Shown: one piece after another, positions 1 to 8,718 of the stretch
Numbering within the stretch: the first letter of the stretch is position 1
Layout: every line of letters begins with the position of its first letter
From: Aquamicrobium sp.
GTDB lineage: Bacteria; Pseudomonadota; Alphaproteobacteria; Rhizobiales; Rhizobiaceae
NCBI GenBank assembly: GCA_019739225.1
Contig: JAHHDT010000006.1
Location: 189,823 to 253,822, forward strand
Direction: 5' to 3'
Length of the DNA stretch: 64,000 nucleotides
Notes under the pieces: generated by a model
Databases searched by the model: none
The model's input: the letters and a program-made list of their open reading frames with translations, nothing else
What the model was told of the DNA's origin: nothing
Program-made: the position numbers and the translations under genes

Positions 1-124
1 ACATCGAGAGATCCGGAACCAGGATCAGCGCGGCGAACAGCCACCAGTTCCCGCCCGTAAGATGGAAGGCGACGAGCGCCGCAAGCGCCAGCGCGGCATG
101 TTCGAGGCGGAGGAACAGGGTCAC
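1..124 (-). CDS. DUF4260-like hydrophobic protein, 5' part only (continues past window start)
   Basis: Reverse strand from GTG at 124..122 reads [41 protein letters not shown], which matches my memory of the DUF4260 membrane family. The GTG overlaps the trmD stop (GTGA). There is no stop inside the window, so it is absent from the ORF track. Confidence 0.4.
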   Translation of the reverse strand, partial: MTLFLRLEHAALALAALVAFHLTGGNWWLFAALILVPDLSM

Positions 125-831
125 TTCTTCGACCCCTTTTCCGTTTGGTGGGCAACGAAAAGATCCGGCCGCCGCTCGGCTGTCAGTCGCTCGGCTTCCC
201 CGCGACGCCATTCGGCGATCCGACCGTGGTTGCCGGAGGTCAGAATGTCGGGAATTGGGCGGCCTTCGAAGTCCTGCGGCCGGGTATAATGCGGGTGCTC
301 CAGCAGCCCGCTCTCGAAGCTTTCCTCGGCGCCGGAGGCGTCGTTGCCCATGACACCGGGTAGCAGGCGCACCACCGCATCGAGCAGCACCAGGGCGGCC
401 GGCTCGCCGCCCGACAAGATGTAGTCGCCGATGGAGACTTCCTCCAGGCCCCGCGCGTCGATCACACGCTGGTCCACACCCTCGAAGCGACCGCAGACGA
501 TCACCGCGCCGGGGCCGCCCGCCAGCTCGCGGACGCGCGCCTGGGTCAGCGGTTTTCCGCGCGGGCTCATCAGCAGTTTGGGGCGGGGGTCGCCATCGGG
601 CGCGGCATGATCGATGGCTTTCGCCAGAATGTCGGCCCGCAACACCATGCCGGCGCCGCCGCCCGCCGGCGTATCGTCCACGGTGCGGTGACGGTCGGTG
701 GCGAAGTCGCGGATCTGGAGCGCTGCCAGCGACCAGTCGCCGCGCTCTAGCGCGCGCCCCGCCAGCGAATGGCCCAGCGCGCCGGGAAACATCTCCGGAT
801 AGAGCGTCAGCACGGTGGCCGAAAAGCTCAT
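121..831 (-). CDS. trmD: tRNA (guanine37-N1)-methyltransferase TrmD
   Basis: 236-aa ORF with TrmD hallmarks ([32 protein letters not shown]). It overlaps the rimM stop by 4 nt. Confidence 0.95.
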   Translation of the reverse strand: MSFSATVLTLYPEMFPGALGHSLAGRALERGDWSLAALQIRDFATDRHRTVDDTPAGGGAGMVLRADILAKAIDHAAPDGDPRPKLLMSPRGKPLTQARVRELAGGPGAVIVCGRFEGVDQRVIDARGLEEVSIGDYILSGGEPAALVLLDAVVRLLPGVMGNDASGAEESFESGLLEHPHYTRPQDFEGRPIPDILTSGNHGRIAEWRRGEAERLTAERRPDLFVAHQTEKGSKK

Positions 832-1358
832 TCGCCGTCATCCTCCTCGACCAGCCCCGCGCCGGCGCTGTCGATGCGGATGAAGCCGTTGCGTACAGAG
901 ATTTCGGGGATCGCGGCGAGCGTGAAGGGGATCATCACGGTTCGGCGACCGGCAAGGGCGACCTCGACGATGTCGCCGCCACCGAAATTCTGGATCGCGG
1001 CGACCTTGCCGATCGACGAGCCTGTCTCGTCGCGCACGACAAGGCCGATCAGATCGGCGTGATAGAATTCATCGTCATCGAGATCGTCGGGCAGCGCCGA
1101 GCGGTCGATGAAGAGTTCGGTGCCGGTCACGGCTTCCGCGGCCTCGCGGCTTGCGATCTCCCTGAAGCGGACGACGACGACTGTCTTCGCCGGACGGATC
1201 GCCGCCACGGTGAAGGTCCGTCCATCCGCCGAGCGCAGTGGGCCGTAATCGCCAAGCGCCAACGGGTCACCGGTGAAGGTCTTGACCCGCACCTCGCCCT
1301 TCACGCCATGCGGCGCGCCGATCACCGCCATCTGGACGGTTTTGTCATCCTTTGTCAT
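828..1358 (-). CDS. rimM: 16S rRNA processing protein RimM
   Basis: 176-aa ORF. The N-terminal [21 protein letters not shown] and a PRC-barrel-like C-terminus are typical of RimM. It is coupled to trmD. Confidence 0.92.
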   Translation of the reverse strand: MTKDDKTVQMAVIGAPHGVKGEVRVKTFTGDPLALGDYGPLRSADGRTFTVAAIRPAKTVVVVRFREIASREAAEAVTGTELFIDRSALPDDLDDDEFYHADLIGLVVRDETGSSIGKVAAIQNFGGGDIVEVALAGRRTVMIPFTLAAIPEISVRNGFIRIDSAGAGLVEEDDGE

Positions 1359-1631
1359 CGCCCGTCTCTAACGGTGCCGCCGGTGCAATTCAATCCGGGA
1401 GGCGGGGAGGACGTGCCTCGCTACCGTCATGCCGGCCGACCGAGCCACCCACAATACCCCCTCCACCATGCTTCGCATGGTCCCCCGCCCCCATAAAATG
1501 GAGGAGGAACCAAGGCCGCGGACCGCCGCAGGCGGTCGAGGGGGCGTTCGGGTACGCATCGATCCGATCGCGAACGATGTTCGTGCCGCGAGGATGCCCT
1601 TTCGATCTGAACGGTCCGCAGTGGTTTCGCG

Positions 1632-2444
1632 TCATGATGTATCGGTGGGCTCCATCGTCCAGAAAGCTAGGTCGTGTACGATGTTGAGCACGTCATGGAC
1701 CGGGTGGGCGTGCCGCCCTTCCCGACACCACCCCGGCGGACGGCCGGGACGCAGCGGCCATACGCGGCGGGTGATGCCGCGCCGGGCAGGCGACTCGCGC
1801 TGGACATTATCCTGCCGGGCCGCATCGCGCCGCGCCCGCCAGCGGGCGAAGCGGCCTGCATGGGCGGGCAGGTCGTCGAGTGCCGCGGCCACGGCCCGCA
1901 GGCGCAGGGCAAGGCGGGTGGCGTCGATGGGATCGTCGGGCATCGGCGGCTGGCGTGGGAAAAGCGGCACCGACGCGCCGTCGCCCGGAAACGAGATGCG
2001 CGGCACGCCGGCGGAAACCGGCCGCCTCGGGCCACGCCAGCGCGGCAGCGGATCGAACAGCGGCAGGGTCGCGCGCCGCGCGGCTTTGCGCGCCGTTGGC
2101 GAAGCGGGGCTTGGAGCGTGCGTGCGACCTTCGAGGCTTGGGTCTTGCGTTCGCATCTTGGGATGAGGCAGGTCGCGCGCCATCACGATGACGAGCCGCC
2201 GCGCCGCCGCCTCGGCGGGGCGCAGCAGCCGCAGCACCGCGCGATGGAGATGGCGGGGCAGGGTGGGGTGGCGGTCGGCAGTCGGCAATGGGCAATCGGT
2301 CCGGTCATCGGTGGCCTGTGCCGATCCCGACTGCCGAATACCGATTGCCGACTGTCCGTTTCCCAGCCCGGCCATTGCCACGAGCGTCGCCAGGATGCGC
2401 CTCAGCGCCTCCCGATTTGTCTCGATCGCTGCGCTCCAGTCCAT
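1632..2444 (-). CDS. hypothetical protein (Arg/Pro-rich, no family recognised)
   Basis: Part of the 359-aa ORF 1632..2711. I start it at the internal ATG at 2444 (MDWSAAIETNREALRRIL...), because the upstream 89 codons translate the palindromic repeat at 2563-2700. Codon usage looks genuine but the function is unknown. Confidence 0.5.
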   Translation of the reverse strand: MDWSAAIETNREALRRILATLVAMAGLGNGQSAIGIRQSGSAQATDDRTDCPLPTADRHPTLPRHLHRAVLRLLRPAEAAARRLVIVMARDLPHPKMRTQDPSLEGRTHAPSPASPTARKAARRATLPLFDPLPRWRGPRRPVSAGVPRISFPGDGASVPLFPRQPPMPDDPIDATRLALRLRAVAAALDDLPAHAGRFARWRARRDAARQDNVQRESPARRGITRRVWPLRPGRPPGWCREGRHAHPVHDVLNIVHDLAFWTMEPTDTS

Positions 2445-2562
2445 CGCCGCCTTCTCCGGTTCGGTCGGGGCGATTGTCGGGCGAGGTTGAGAGGGGGTGG
2501 ATAAGCCGGGCGTGAAGATTTTTTCGGCTGGATTGCGGGCCGCCTGTGACGCCTGCGCCAAT

Positions 2563-2700
2563 CCCCCTCTCCGTCTCGGCTCCGCCTCGACACCTCTCCC
2601 CCGTAAGCGGGGGCGAGGAACGGGGCCCAGCATTGCGGCCGGCATTTCCTCGCTCCCACCACGTGGGGGAGAGGTGGCCGCGAAGCGGACGGAGAGGGGG
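2563..2700. repeat. Palindromic intergenic repeat element, family A copy 1 (REP/RIME-like)
   Basis: Two inverted modules of about 58 bp. Left module: ccccctctccgtc...cacctctcccccgtaagcgggggcgaggaac. The right module is its reverse complement: ...ttcctcgctcccaccacgtgggggagaggtg...gacggagaggggg. A second copy lies at 49709-49866. Confidence 0.8.
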
Positions 2701-2820
2701 CGAACGCCCATATGCGATTGCCCTGCCTTAAAGGGGGCGAGGAACGGCGCCGCTTAACACGTTCCGCCCATACGAAATCAGCGGCCGGGATTCACCCCGC
2801 GCTAACCACGATGCGGCAGA

Positions 2821-3768
2821 ATGGCCTGCATGGAAGAATTCCTCGTATCCGCGCGTCCCGACCTGCAGAAGGCGCGGCAGGACTGGCTTGCCTCGCTTGC
2901 CGCTGAGCGGCGGCTTTCGGCGCTGACGGTCGATGCCTATGAGCGCGATACGCGCCAGCTTCTGCAATTCCTGACCGGGCATTGCGGCGGCGCGCCCGGG
3001 ATTGCCGACATCGCCGAGCTGAAACCCTTCGACCTGCGCGCTTTCCTGGCGCATCGCCGCAACGGTGGCGCGGGGGCGCGCTCACTGGGCCGGGGGCTGG
3101 CGGGCATCCGCTCCTTCCTGCGTTTCCTCGAAAGGCGCGGGCTGGCGAATGCCGCCGGCGCGGCCGCCATGCGGGCGCCGAAGCAACCGAAATCTTTGCC
3201 CAAGCCGCTGACGGCGGTCGACGCCAAGCGAGTGGTTTCAGCCGGCGAGCAACTGGCGGAGGAGCCGTGGATCGCCGCGCGCAACGCGGCGGTGCTGACC
3301 CTGCTCTATGGTTGTGGACTGCGCATCTCCGAAGCGCTCGGACTGCCGGGCGCAGCCCTTGCCGACAGCGCGGAGACGGTGCTGCGCGTCACCGGCAAGG
3401 GCGGCAAGACGCGGCTCGTGCCGGTGCTGCCGGTGGCGCACAGGGCCGTTGCCGAATACCGACGTCTATGCCCCTATCATCTCGGGGCGGACGGGCCGCT
3501 GTTTCGCGGCGCACGCGGCGGCGCGCTGCAGCCGGCGATCATCCAGCGCGAGATGCAGAAGCTGCGCTCTGCGCTGAACCTGCCGGACACGGCGACGCCA
3601 CACGCACTGCGCCATTCGTTTGCGACGCATCTGCTTGCACGCGGCGGCGATCTGCGCACCATCCAGGAGCTGCTCGGCCACGCCAGTCTGTCGACGACGC
3701 AGATCTATACCGGGGTCGACACGGGGCGACTGCTCGACATCTACGATTCGGCCCATCCCAGGGCGTAG
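2821..3768 (+). CDS. xerC: Tyrosine site-specific recombinase XerC
   Basis: 315-aa ORF with an N-terminal SAM-like domain (LSALTVDAYERDTRQLLQFL) and the C-terminal catalytic region HALRHSFATHLLARGGDLRTIQELLGHASLSTTQIYT. The choice of XerC over XerD rests on overall pattern only. Confidence 0.85.
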   Translation: MACMEEFLVSARPDLQKARQDWLASLAAERRLSALTVDAYERDTRQLLQFLTGHCGGAPGIADIAELKPFDLRAFLAHRRNGGAGARSLGRGLAGIRSFLRFLERRGLANAAGAAAMRAPKQPKSLPKPLTAVDAKRVVSAGEQLAEEPWIAARNAAVLTLLYGCGLRISEALGLPGAALADSAETVLRVTGKGGKTRLVPVLPVAHRAVAEYRRLCPYHLGADGPLFRGARGGALQPAIIQREMQKLRSALNLPDTATPHALRHSFATHLLARGGDLRTIQELLGHASLSTTQIYTGVDTGRLLDIYDSAHPRA

Positions 3769-3790
3769 AAGATGTTGCGCCATTTTTGTG

Positions 3791-4081
3791 GTGCGTCCTT
3801 CGAGGCTCGCTGCGCTCGCACCTCAGGATGAGGAGCGTGGGTTGATCGAACCGGCAACGCCGCAGGCTCGATGTACTTCAGGAGAATAACCCTCGAGCCC
3901 ACCGGCTTGCGCAAGTGATACACAACGTTCCTCATCCTGAGGAGCGTGGGTTGATCGAACCGGCAACGCCGCGGGCTCGATGTACTTCAGGAGAACAACC
4001 CTCGAGCCCACCTGCTTGCGCAAGTGATATACAACGTCCCTCATCCTGAGGTGCGAGCAAAGCGAGCCTCGAAGGACGCAC
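3791..4081. repeat. Composite repeat: 43-bp terminal inverted repeats enclosing two tandem 109-bp units
   Basis: IR-L 3791-3833 (gtgcgtccttcgaggctcgctgcgctcgcacctcaggatgagg) matches the reverse complement of 4039-4081 at 41 of 43 positions. The unit starting at 3832 repeats at 3941 with 5 mismatches in 109. Each unit ends in cctcatcctgagg and has an internal hairpin gggctcga-N21-tcgagccc. Confidence 0.9.
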
Positions 4082-4141
4082 GGCAGCAATTTTTCCGATT
4101 GGCTTAACGGTTTGGCCGCACTTGTCTGCGAGATTCCGGCC

Positions 4142-5216
4142 ATGAAGCCCGCCACTGCCATAACCGAGCGCGCCGCCGATCTTTCGTTGAGGCTGATCGC
4201 GGCGTTCAATCTACTTTTCCTCATCGCGTTCATCGCGACGCTGCTGTTTGCCGCAACGCAGGCGCGGGCGCAGGACGATGCGACGGCGTGCACCGGTGGC
4301 GACCTGCTCGCGGCGATGGAACAAGACGATCCGGCAAAGCTGGAGCGGATCCGGGCGGAAGCCGCAAGCGTGGCGAATGGCGACGCGCTGCTGTGGCGGA
4401 TCGAGAAGGCCGGCGCCGAACCCTCCTATCTGTTCGGCACCATGCACATGTCGGACCCGCGGGTGGTCCGGTTGAGCGACGATGCGGAGGCTGCGCTCGA
4501 GGCCTCCAGGACCGTGGTGATCGAAACCACCGAAATTCTCGATCAGTCGAAGATGATGGCGGCCATGGTCGCTCAACCCGAACTGATGATGTTCACCGAC
4601 GACACGACGCTGTTTTCGCTGCTGTCGGAGGAGGACCGGGCAACTGCGGAAGCGGCGCTGAATCAGCGGGGCATACCGCCGGCCAGCGTGCAGAAGATGA
4701 AGCCCTGGATGATTGCCTCGATGGTTGCGCTGCCGGCATGCGAGCTGGCGCGCAAGGCATCCGGCGCGAAAGTGCTCGATGTCGAGCTCGCCGAGCGCGC
4801 GCAGGCGGACGGCAAGGCGCTCGCGGGCCTCGAGACGATCGTCGACCAGCTCGGCGCGATGGCATCGCTGCCGATGGAGTTCCACATGCGCGGGCTGGTG
4901 GATACGCTGGCGCTGGGCGAGCGGATCGACGACGTCATCGAAACGATGATCGTGCTCTATCTCGACGGAGAGACCGGCATGTTCTGGCCGTTTTTTCCGG
5001 GCGGTGCTGCCTTCGGACGAACAGTCCGCCGCCGGGTTCGCGGCATTCGAGGAAGCCATGATCACCGCCCGCAACGACACGATGGCCGCGCGTGCCGCAC
5101 CCTTCATCGATGCCGGCGGCGCATTCATCGCAGTCGGCGCATTGCACCTGCCCGGCGACGAGGGCCTCGTCGCGCTGTTGCGCGAGGCTGGCTACACGGT
5201 CAGCGCGGTGCAGTGA
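4142..5216 (+). pseudogene. TraB/GumN family protein, apparent +1 frameshift in a T6 run
   Basis: The N-terminal 285 aa (ORF 4112..5266) show a TraB/GumN pattern (LLWRIEKAGAEPSYLFGTMHMSD). After MFWPFF the frame turns into Arg-rich nonsense, while the natural C-terminus (LPSDEQSAAGFAAFEEAMITARN...GALHLPGDEGLVALLREAGYTVSAVQ) continues in ORF 5004..5216. The junction is the tttttt run at 4991-4996. Confidence 0.8.
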
Positions 5217-5220
5217 GCCG

Positions 5221-5967
5221 GTGGCCGGCGCACACGGAAAAACCTACGAGCCGATCAACACGCTGAAGCGGGTGTGTGACGAGGTCTGGATCGTCGACGG
5301 GCCGGTCATCCGTTTTGGCATGCCGTGGCCGAAGATGCCGTTTCCGACGCGGATGACGGTGATCCGGGTCGACGGCGACCTGTTCCTGCATTCGCCGACC
5401 GAACTGACGCCGGAGCTTGCCGATGCGGTGCGGAATCTCGGCAGGCCCCGGTGGATCGTCGGGCCGAACCGCATCCATTACTGGTGGATTGCCGACTGGC
5501 ACCGCGTCTTTCCGGAGGCGGAAGTCCATCTTGCGCCGCGCATACCGGAGCAGGCCGGTGATCGGATCGATTTTGCTTACCAGACGCTCGATCGCAGCTC
5601 CGGCTATGGCTGGGATGCGGCGCTCGATACGCTGCCGATTTCCGGCAGCTTCATGACCGAGGTCGAGTTCTTCGACCGGCGCAGCCGGACGCTGGTGCTG
5701 ACCGACCTTATCGAGAACTTCGAGCCGGCGAAGCTGGGTTGGTTCTGGATGCGCTGGTTGACGAAGCTGGGCGGGGTTCAGGATCCCGACGGGCAGATGC
5801 CGCGCGACATGCGCCTGACGTTTCGCCAGCAGAAGGCGGAACTGAAGGCAGCGGTGCAAACGATGATTTCGTGGGAGCCCGAACGCGTGATCCTCGCGCA
5901 TGGCCGGTGGTATGAAAAGAACGGCGCGGCTGAACTGCGGCGCGCCTTCCGCTGGCTGCTGGACTGA
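5221..5967 (+). CDS. DUF4336-like protein
   Basis: Inside ORF 5092..5967, starting at the in-frame GTG at 5221 just after the upstream stop. EVWIVDGPVIRFGMPWPKMPFPTRMTVIRV...LFLHSP...RVILAHGRW fits my memory of DUF4336. Confidence 0.7.
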   Translation: MAGAHGKTYEPINTLKRVCDEVWIVDGPVIRFGMPWPKMPFPTRMTVIRVDGDLFLHSPTELTPELADAVRNLGRPRWIVGPNRIHYWWIADWHRVFPEAEVHLAPRIPEQAGDRIDFAYQTLDRSSGYGWDAALDTLPISGSFMTEVEFFDRRSRTLVLTDLIENFEPAKLGWFWMRWLTKLGGVQDPDGQMPRDMRLTFRQQKAELKAAVQTMISWEPERVILAHGRWYEKNGAAELRRAFRWLLD

Positions 5968-6053
5968 GCGGGCACGATCACGACAATCGTGATTTGGCGG
6001 GGACCGGGTCGCCTTGGTAGCCTGCGGGCGTATCGAAGCAGAGGATACGCACC

Positions 6054-6230
6054 ATGAAGACAGTCTTGGCACTTGCAGCCGCTCTCGGACTTTCCGTTTC
6101 GGTTGCGGCCGCCTGCCCGATGAAGCGCGATACAACCGCTTCGACGGACACCAAGCTGACGGTTGCCAGCATCTCTTCGGGATCGATGTCGACCCCGGCG
6201 GATGCGACGACGGTCAAGAAAGAGAAATAG
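6054..6230 (+). CDS. Small secreted or lipoprotein-like protein (58 aa), not in ORF track
   Basis: My translation is MKTVLALAAALGLSVSVAAACPMKRDTTASTDTKLTVASISSGSMSTPADATTVKKEK. It has a clear signal peptide ending AAAC, agagga 9-10 nt upstream of the ATG, and a hairpin downstream. Confidence 0.45.
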   Translation: MKTVLALAAALGLSVSVAAACPMKRDTTASTDTKLTVASISSGSMSTPADATTVKKEK

Positions 6231-6272
6231 GCCGCTACGGCCTCTTTCTCGAAACCCTGTGAATGTTCCTTC

Positions 6273-6308
6273 CGCCGCTCCGCAGCCATGCGGGGCGGGC
6301 TTTATGTT
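6273..6308 (+). terminator. Candidate intrinsic terminator between convergent genes
   Basis: Imperfect GC stem gccgctccgc / gcggggcgggc followed by tttatgtt. It lies between the small ORF stop (6230) and the asd stop (6322). Confidence 0.35.
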
Positions 6309-6321
6309 CGAAAGGCAGGCC

Positions 6322-7356
6322 TCAGGCGGCCTGCTTCTTCGGCTGGATCAGCCCGCGCGCGACCAGCAGCTCGGCGATCTGCACGGTGTTGAGCGCAGCA
6401 CCCTTGCGCAGATTGTCGGAGACGACCCACATGTTGAGGCCGTTCTCGACGGTCTGGTCCTCGCGGATGCGGGAGATGTAGGTCGCATCCTCGCCGGCCG
6501 ATTCGAGCGGGGTGATGTAGCCGCCGTCCTCGCGCTTGTCGATGACCAGGCAGCCCGGAGCGTCCCGGAGAATGTCGCGCGCCTCGTCCGCCGTGATCGG
6601 GTTCTCGAACTCGATGTTGACGGCTTCGGAATGGCCGATGAAGACCGGCACGCGCACGGCGGTGCAGGTGACCTTGATCTTGGGGTCGAGCATCTTCTTG
6701 GTCTCGGCGGTGACCTTCCACTCTTCCTTGGTCTGGCCGTCTTCCATGAAGACGTCGATGTGGGGAATGACGTTGAAGGCGATGCGCTTGGTGAACTTCT
6801 TGGCCTCGACCGGGTCGGCGACGAAGACGGCGCGTGTCTGGGTGAAGAGTTCGTCCATGCCTTGCTTGCCGGCGCCGGAAACCGACTGATAGGTGGCGAC
6901 CACGACGCGGCGTATCTTCGCGTGATCGTGCAGCGGCTTCAGCGCGACGACGAGCTGAGCGGTCGAGCAGTTCGGGTTGGCGATGATGTTCTTCTTCGAA
7001 AAGCCCTCGATCGCATCCGGGTTCACTTCCGGCACGATCAGCGGCACCTCGGCGTCGTAGCGCCAGGCGGAGGAGTTATCGATGACGACGCAGCCCTGGC
7101 GACCGATCTTCGGCGACCACTCCTTCGAAACATTGCCGCCGGCCGACATCAGGCAGATGTCCGTGTCGGAGAAATCGTAGGTGGAGAGGTCCTTCACCTT
7201 CAGCGTGCGGTCGCCATAGGAGACCTCGGTGCCGACCGAGCGGCGCGAGGCCAGCGCCACGACCTCGTCGGCCGGGAAGCCGCGCTCCTCCAGGATGTTG
7301 AGCATTTCGCGCCCGACATTGCCCGTGGCGCCGGCGACTGCAATCTTGAAACCCAT
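6322..7356 (-). CDS. asd: Aspartate-semialdehyde dehydrogenase
   Basis: 344-aa ORF with MGFKIAVAGATGNVGREML, NPNCSTAQLVVALKPLH and SGAGK motifs typical of Asd. Confidence 0.95.
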   Translation of the reverse strand: MGFKIAVAGATGNVGREMLNILEERGFPADEVVALASRRSVGTEVSYGDRTLKVKDLSTYDFSDTDICLMSAGGNVSKEWSPKIGRQGCVVIDNSSAWRYDAEVPLIVPEVNPDAIEGFSKKNIIANPNCSTAQLVVALKPLHDHAKIRRVVVATYQSVSGAGKQGMDELFTQTRAVFVADPVEAKKFTKRIAFNVIPHIDVFMEDGQTKEEWKVTAETKKMLDPKIKVTCTAVRVPVFIGHSEAVNIEFENPITADEARDILRDAPGCLVIDKREDGGYITPLESAGEDATYISRIREDQTVENGLNMWVVSDNLRKGAALNTVQIAELLVARGLIQPKKQAA

Positions 7357-7785
7357 TCCCGTTGCTCCTGTTCAGTGCATGGTCCTGCAAGAGAAGCGGA
7401 TTTCATCCGCAGGATCGTGCTCAAGCTCTCCGCTGGTTTTGGAAAGAACCCGCCGGCTGCGGGATCGCCCCTCGGGCCGGACCCGGGGAGAGAGGGCGAG
7501 CAGGCCGAGAGACGTCAGACCGTTTTGGCGGTCGTCGATTTGGCCATGGTTTTGGTGAAACGCGCGCGTGCGGCATCGCTGCCCGCAGCGGAAAGAAGCC
7601 CGCCATGGGAGAAGAATGCAAGATATGCCGTCAAAAGGCCGCGCATCGCGTTTGTCCCGGTTCGCGCCCGCCTTTTACGCGCTTCCGGTCAAGAGTCAAT
7701 GACGGCGATTGCGGGCGATCAGGCGCACGTGATTTGACCCGGCGGCCTAGCGCCATAGGGTCTTCATCATGATTGCGCGCCATTC

Positions 7786-8181
7786 ATGAGGTCTCTTATG
7801 TCCATCCAGACATCCATCCGCCGCACCTGCCTTGCCCTGGCGCTTCTGCTGCCTGCTTCCGCCGCACTCGCCCATCACGGCTGGTCGTGGACCGACGACG
7901 GCTTCTTCGAACTGGAGGGGGTGGTTGCCGCGATCTATCTCGGCAACCCGCACGCCACGATGGACGTCGACGTCGAGGGCGAGACATGGCGGGTCGAACT
8001 GGCGCCGCCGCGACAGACCGAACGCTCCGGCTTCACGGAGGAATCGGCTGCGGTGGGCGACGAGGTGAAGGCGATCGGCAACCGCTCGCGCGACGAGACC
8101 GAACCGCGGATGAAGGCCGTGCGCATCATCGTCCACGACATGACCTATGACATCTATCCGAACCGGGTGCCGACAAACTGA
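7786..8181 (+). CDS. Small secreted protein with predicted mature N-terminus HHGW (DUF6152-like as recalled)
   Basis: 131-aa ORF. The signal peptide is ...LALALLLPASAALA followed by HHGWSWTDDGFFELEG, then a beta-rich remainder. Confidence 0.65.
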   Translation: MRSLMSIQTSIRRTCLALALLLPASAALAHHGWSWTDDGFFELEGVVAAIYLGNPHATMDVDVEGETWRVELAPPRQTERSGFTEESAAVGDEVKAIGNRSRDETEPRMKAVRIIVHDMTYDIYPNRVPTN

Positions 8182-8210
8182 CCGAGACGCTGTTCGATAT
8201 ACTGGCCAGC

Positions 8211-8657
8211 GTGGAGCGGCTGCGGGCCGTCAATGCGCTGAAGGGCTCCTATTACGCCTATCCGCTGGTCAACGCCCTGCATATCCTCGCCATCGGCACG
8301 CTGGTGGGAGCCGTGCTGCTGATGGATTTGCGCATACTCGGCGTCGTGCGCTCCGTCGCACGGGAGCCGCTGCTGCATCTGCTGCGCGAGGCCGTGGCGC
8401 TGATCTTTCCGGTGGCGGTGGTTACGGGGTTGGCGCTGTTCTCGATCCGGGCGCAGGAATATGCGACGAACCCCGCCTTTATCGCAAAGATGGCACTTCT
8501 GGTGCTGGCGGGCGTGAACTTCTGGGCCTTCCAGCGGTTCGCCGGCTCAGAGTCCGACGCCGACGCATATTCCACGGCCGCGCGGCTTTCGGCGGCGCTT
8601 TCGATCGTTCTGTGGGTTTCGGTGCTGGTCGCAGGCCGCTTCATCGGCTTCATCTGA
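8211..8657 (+). CDS. Multi-pass membrane protein, partner of the preceding secreted protein
   Basis: 148-aa ORF from GTG at 8211 with about 4 hydrophobic helices (YPLVNALHILAIGTLVGAVLLMDLRILG...). An in-frame CTG at 8178 overlapping the upstream stop (CTGA) would add LTETLFDILAS. Confidence 0.6.
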   Translation: MERLRAVNALKGSYYAYPLVNALHILAIGTLVGAVLLMDLRILGVVRSVAREPLLHLLREAVALIFPVAVVTGLALFSIRAQEYATNPAFIAKMALLVLAGVNFWAFQRFAGSESDADAYSTAARLSAALSIVLWVSVLVAGRFIGFI

Positions 8658-8718
8658 GCGCCAGGGCCGCGGAACTTTCGGCGCGGCATGCCGGTTATCA
8701 GCATAAAGGAGCCGACCA

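Noticed and set aside
2445-2711. N-terminal extension of the hypothetical protein (ORF 1632..2711)
   Set aside because: The extension is the translation of the family A palindromic repeat. The same applies to the upstream parts of ORFs 42298..43911, 48160..49791 and 22330..22512.
3791-4081. Possible CRISPR array
   Set aside because: There are only two long (109-bp) adjacent units with no unique spacers between them, and no cas genes in the window.
3823-4293. 156-aa minus-strand ORF covering the 109-bp tandem repeats
   Set aside because: Its translation is just the repeat read through twice (duplicated peptide ...LRGSLCSHLRMRDVVYHLRKQVGSRVVLLKYIEPAALPVRSTHAP...). It also overlaps the TraB/GumN start region.
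6163-7737. 524-aa ORF on the plus strand
   Set aside because: It is entirely antisense to the unmistakable asd gene and has an Arg/Gly/Asp/Ala/Leu-dominated low-information translation. This is a typical shadow ORF of high-GC DNA.
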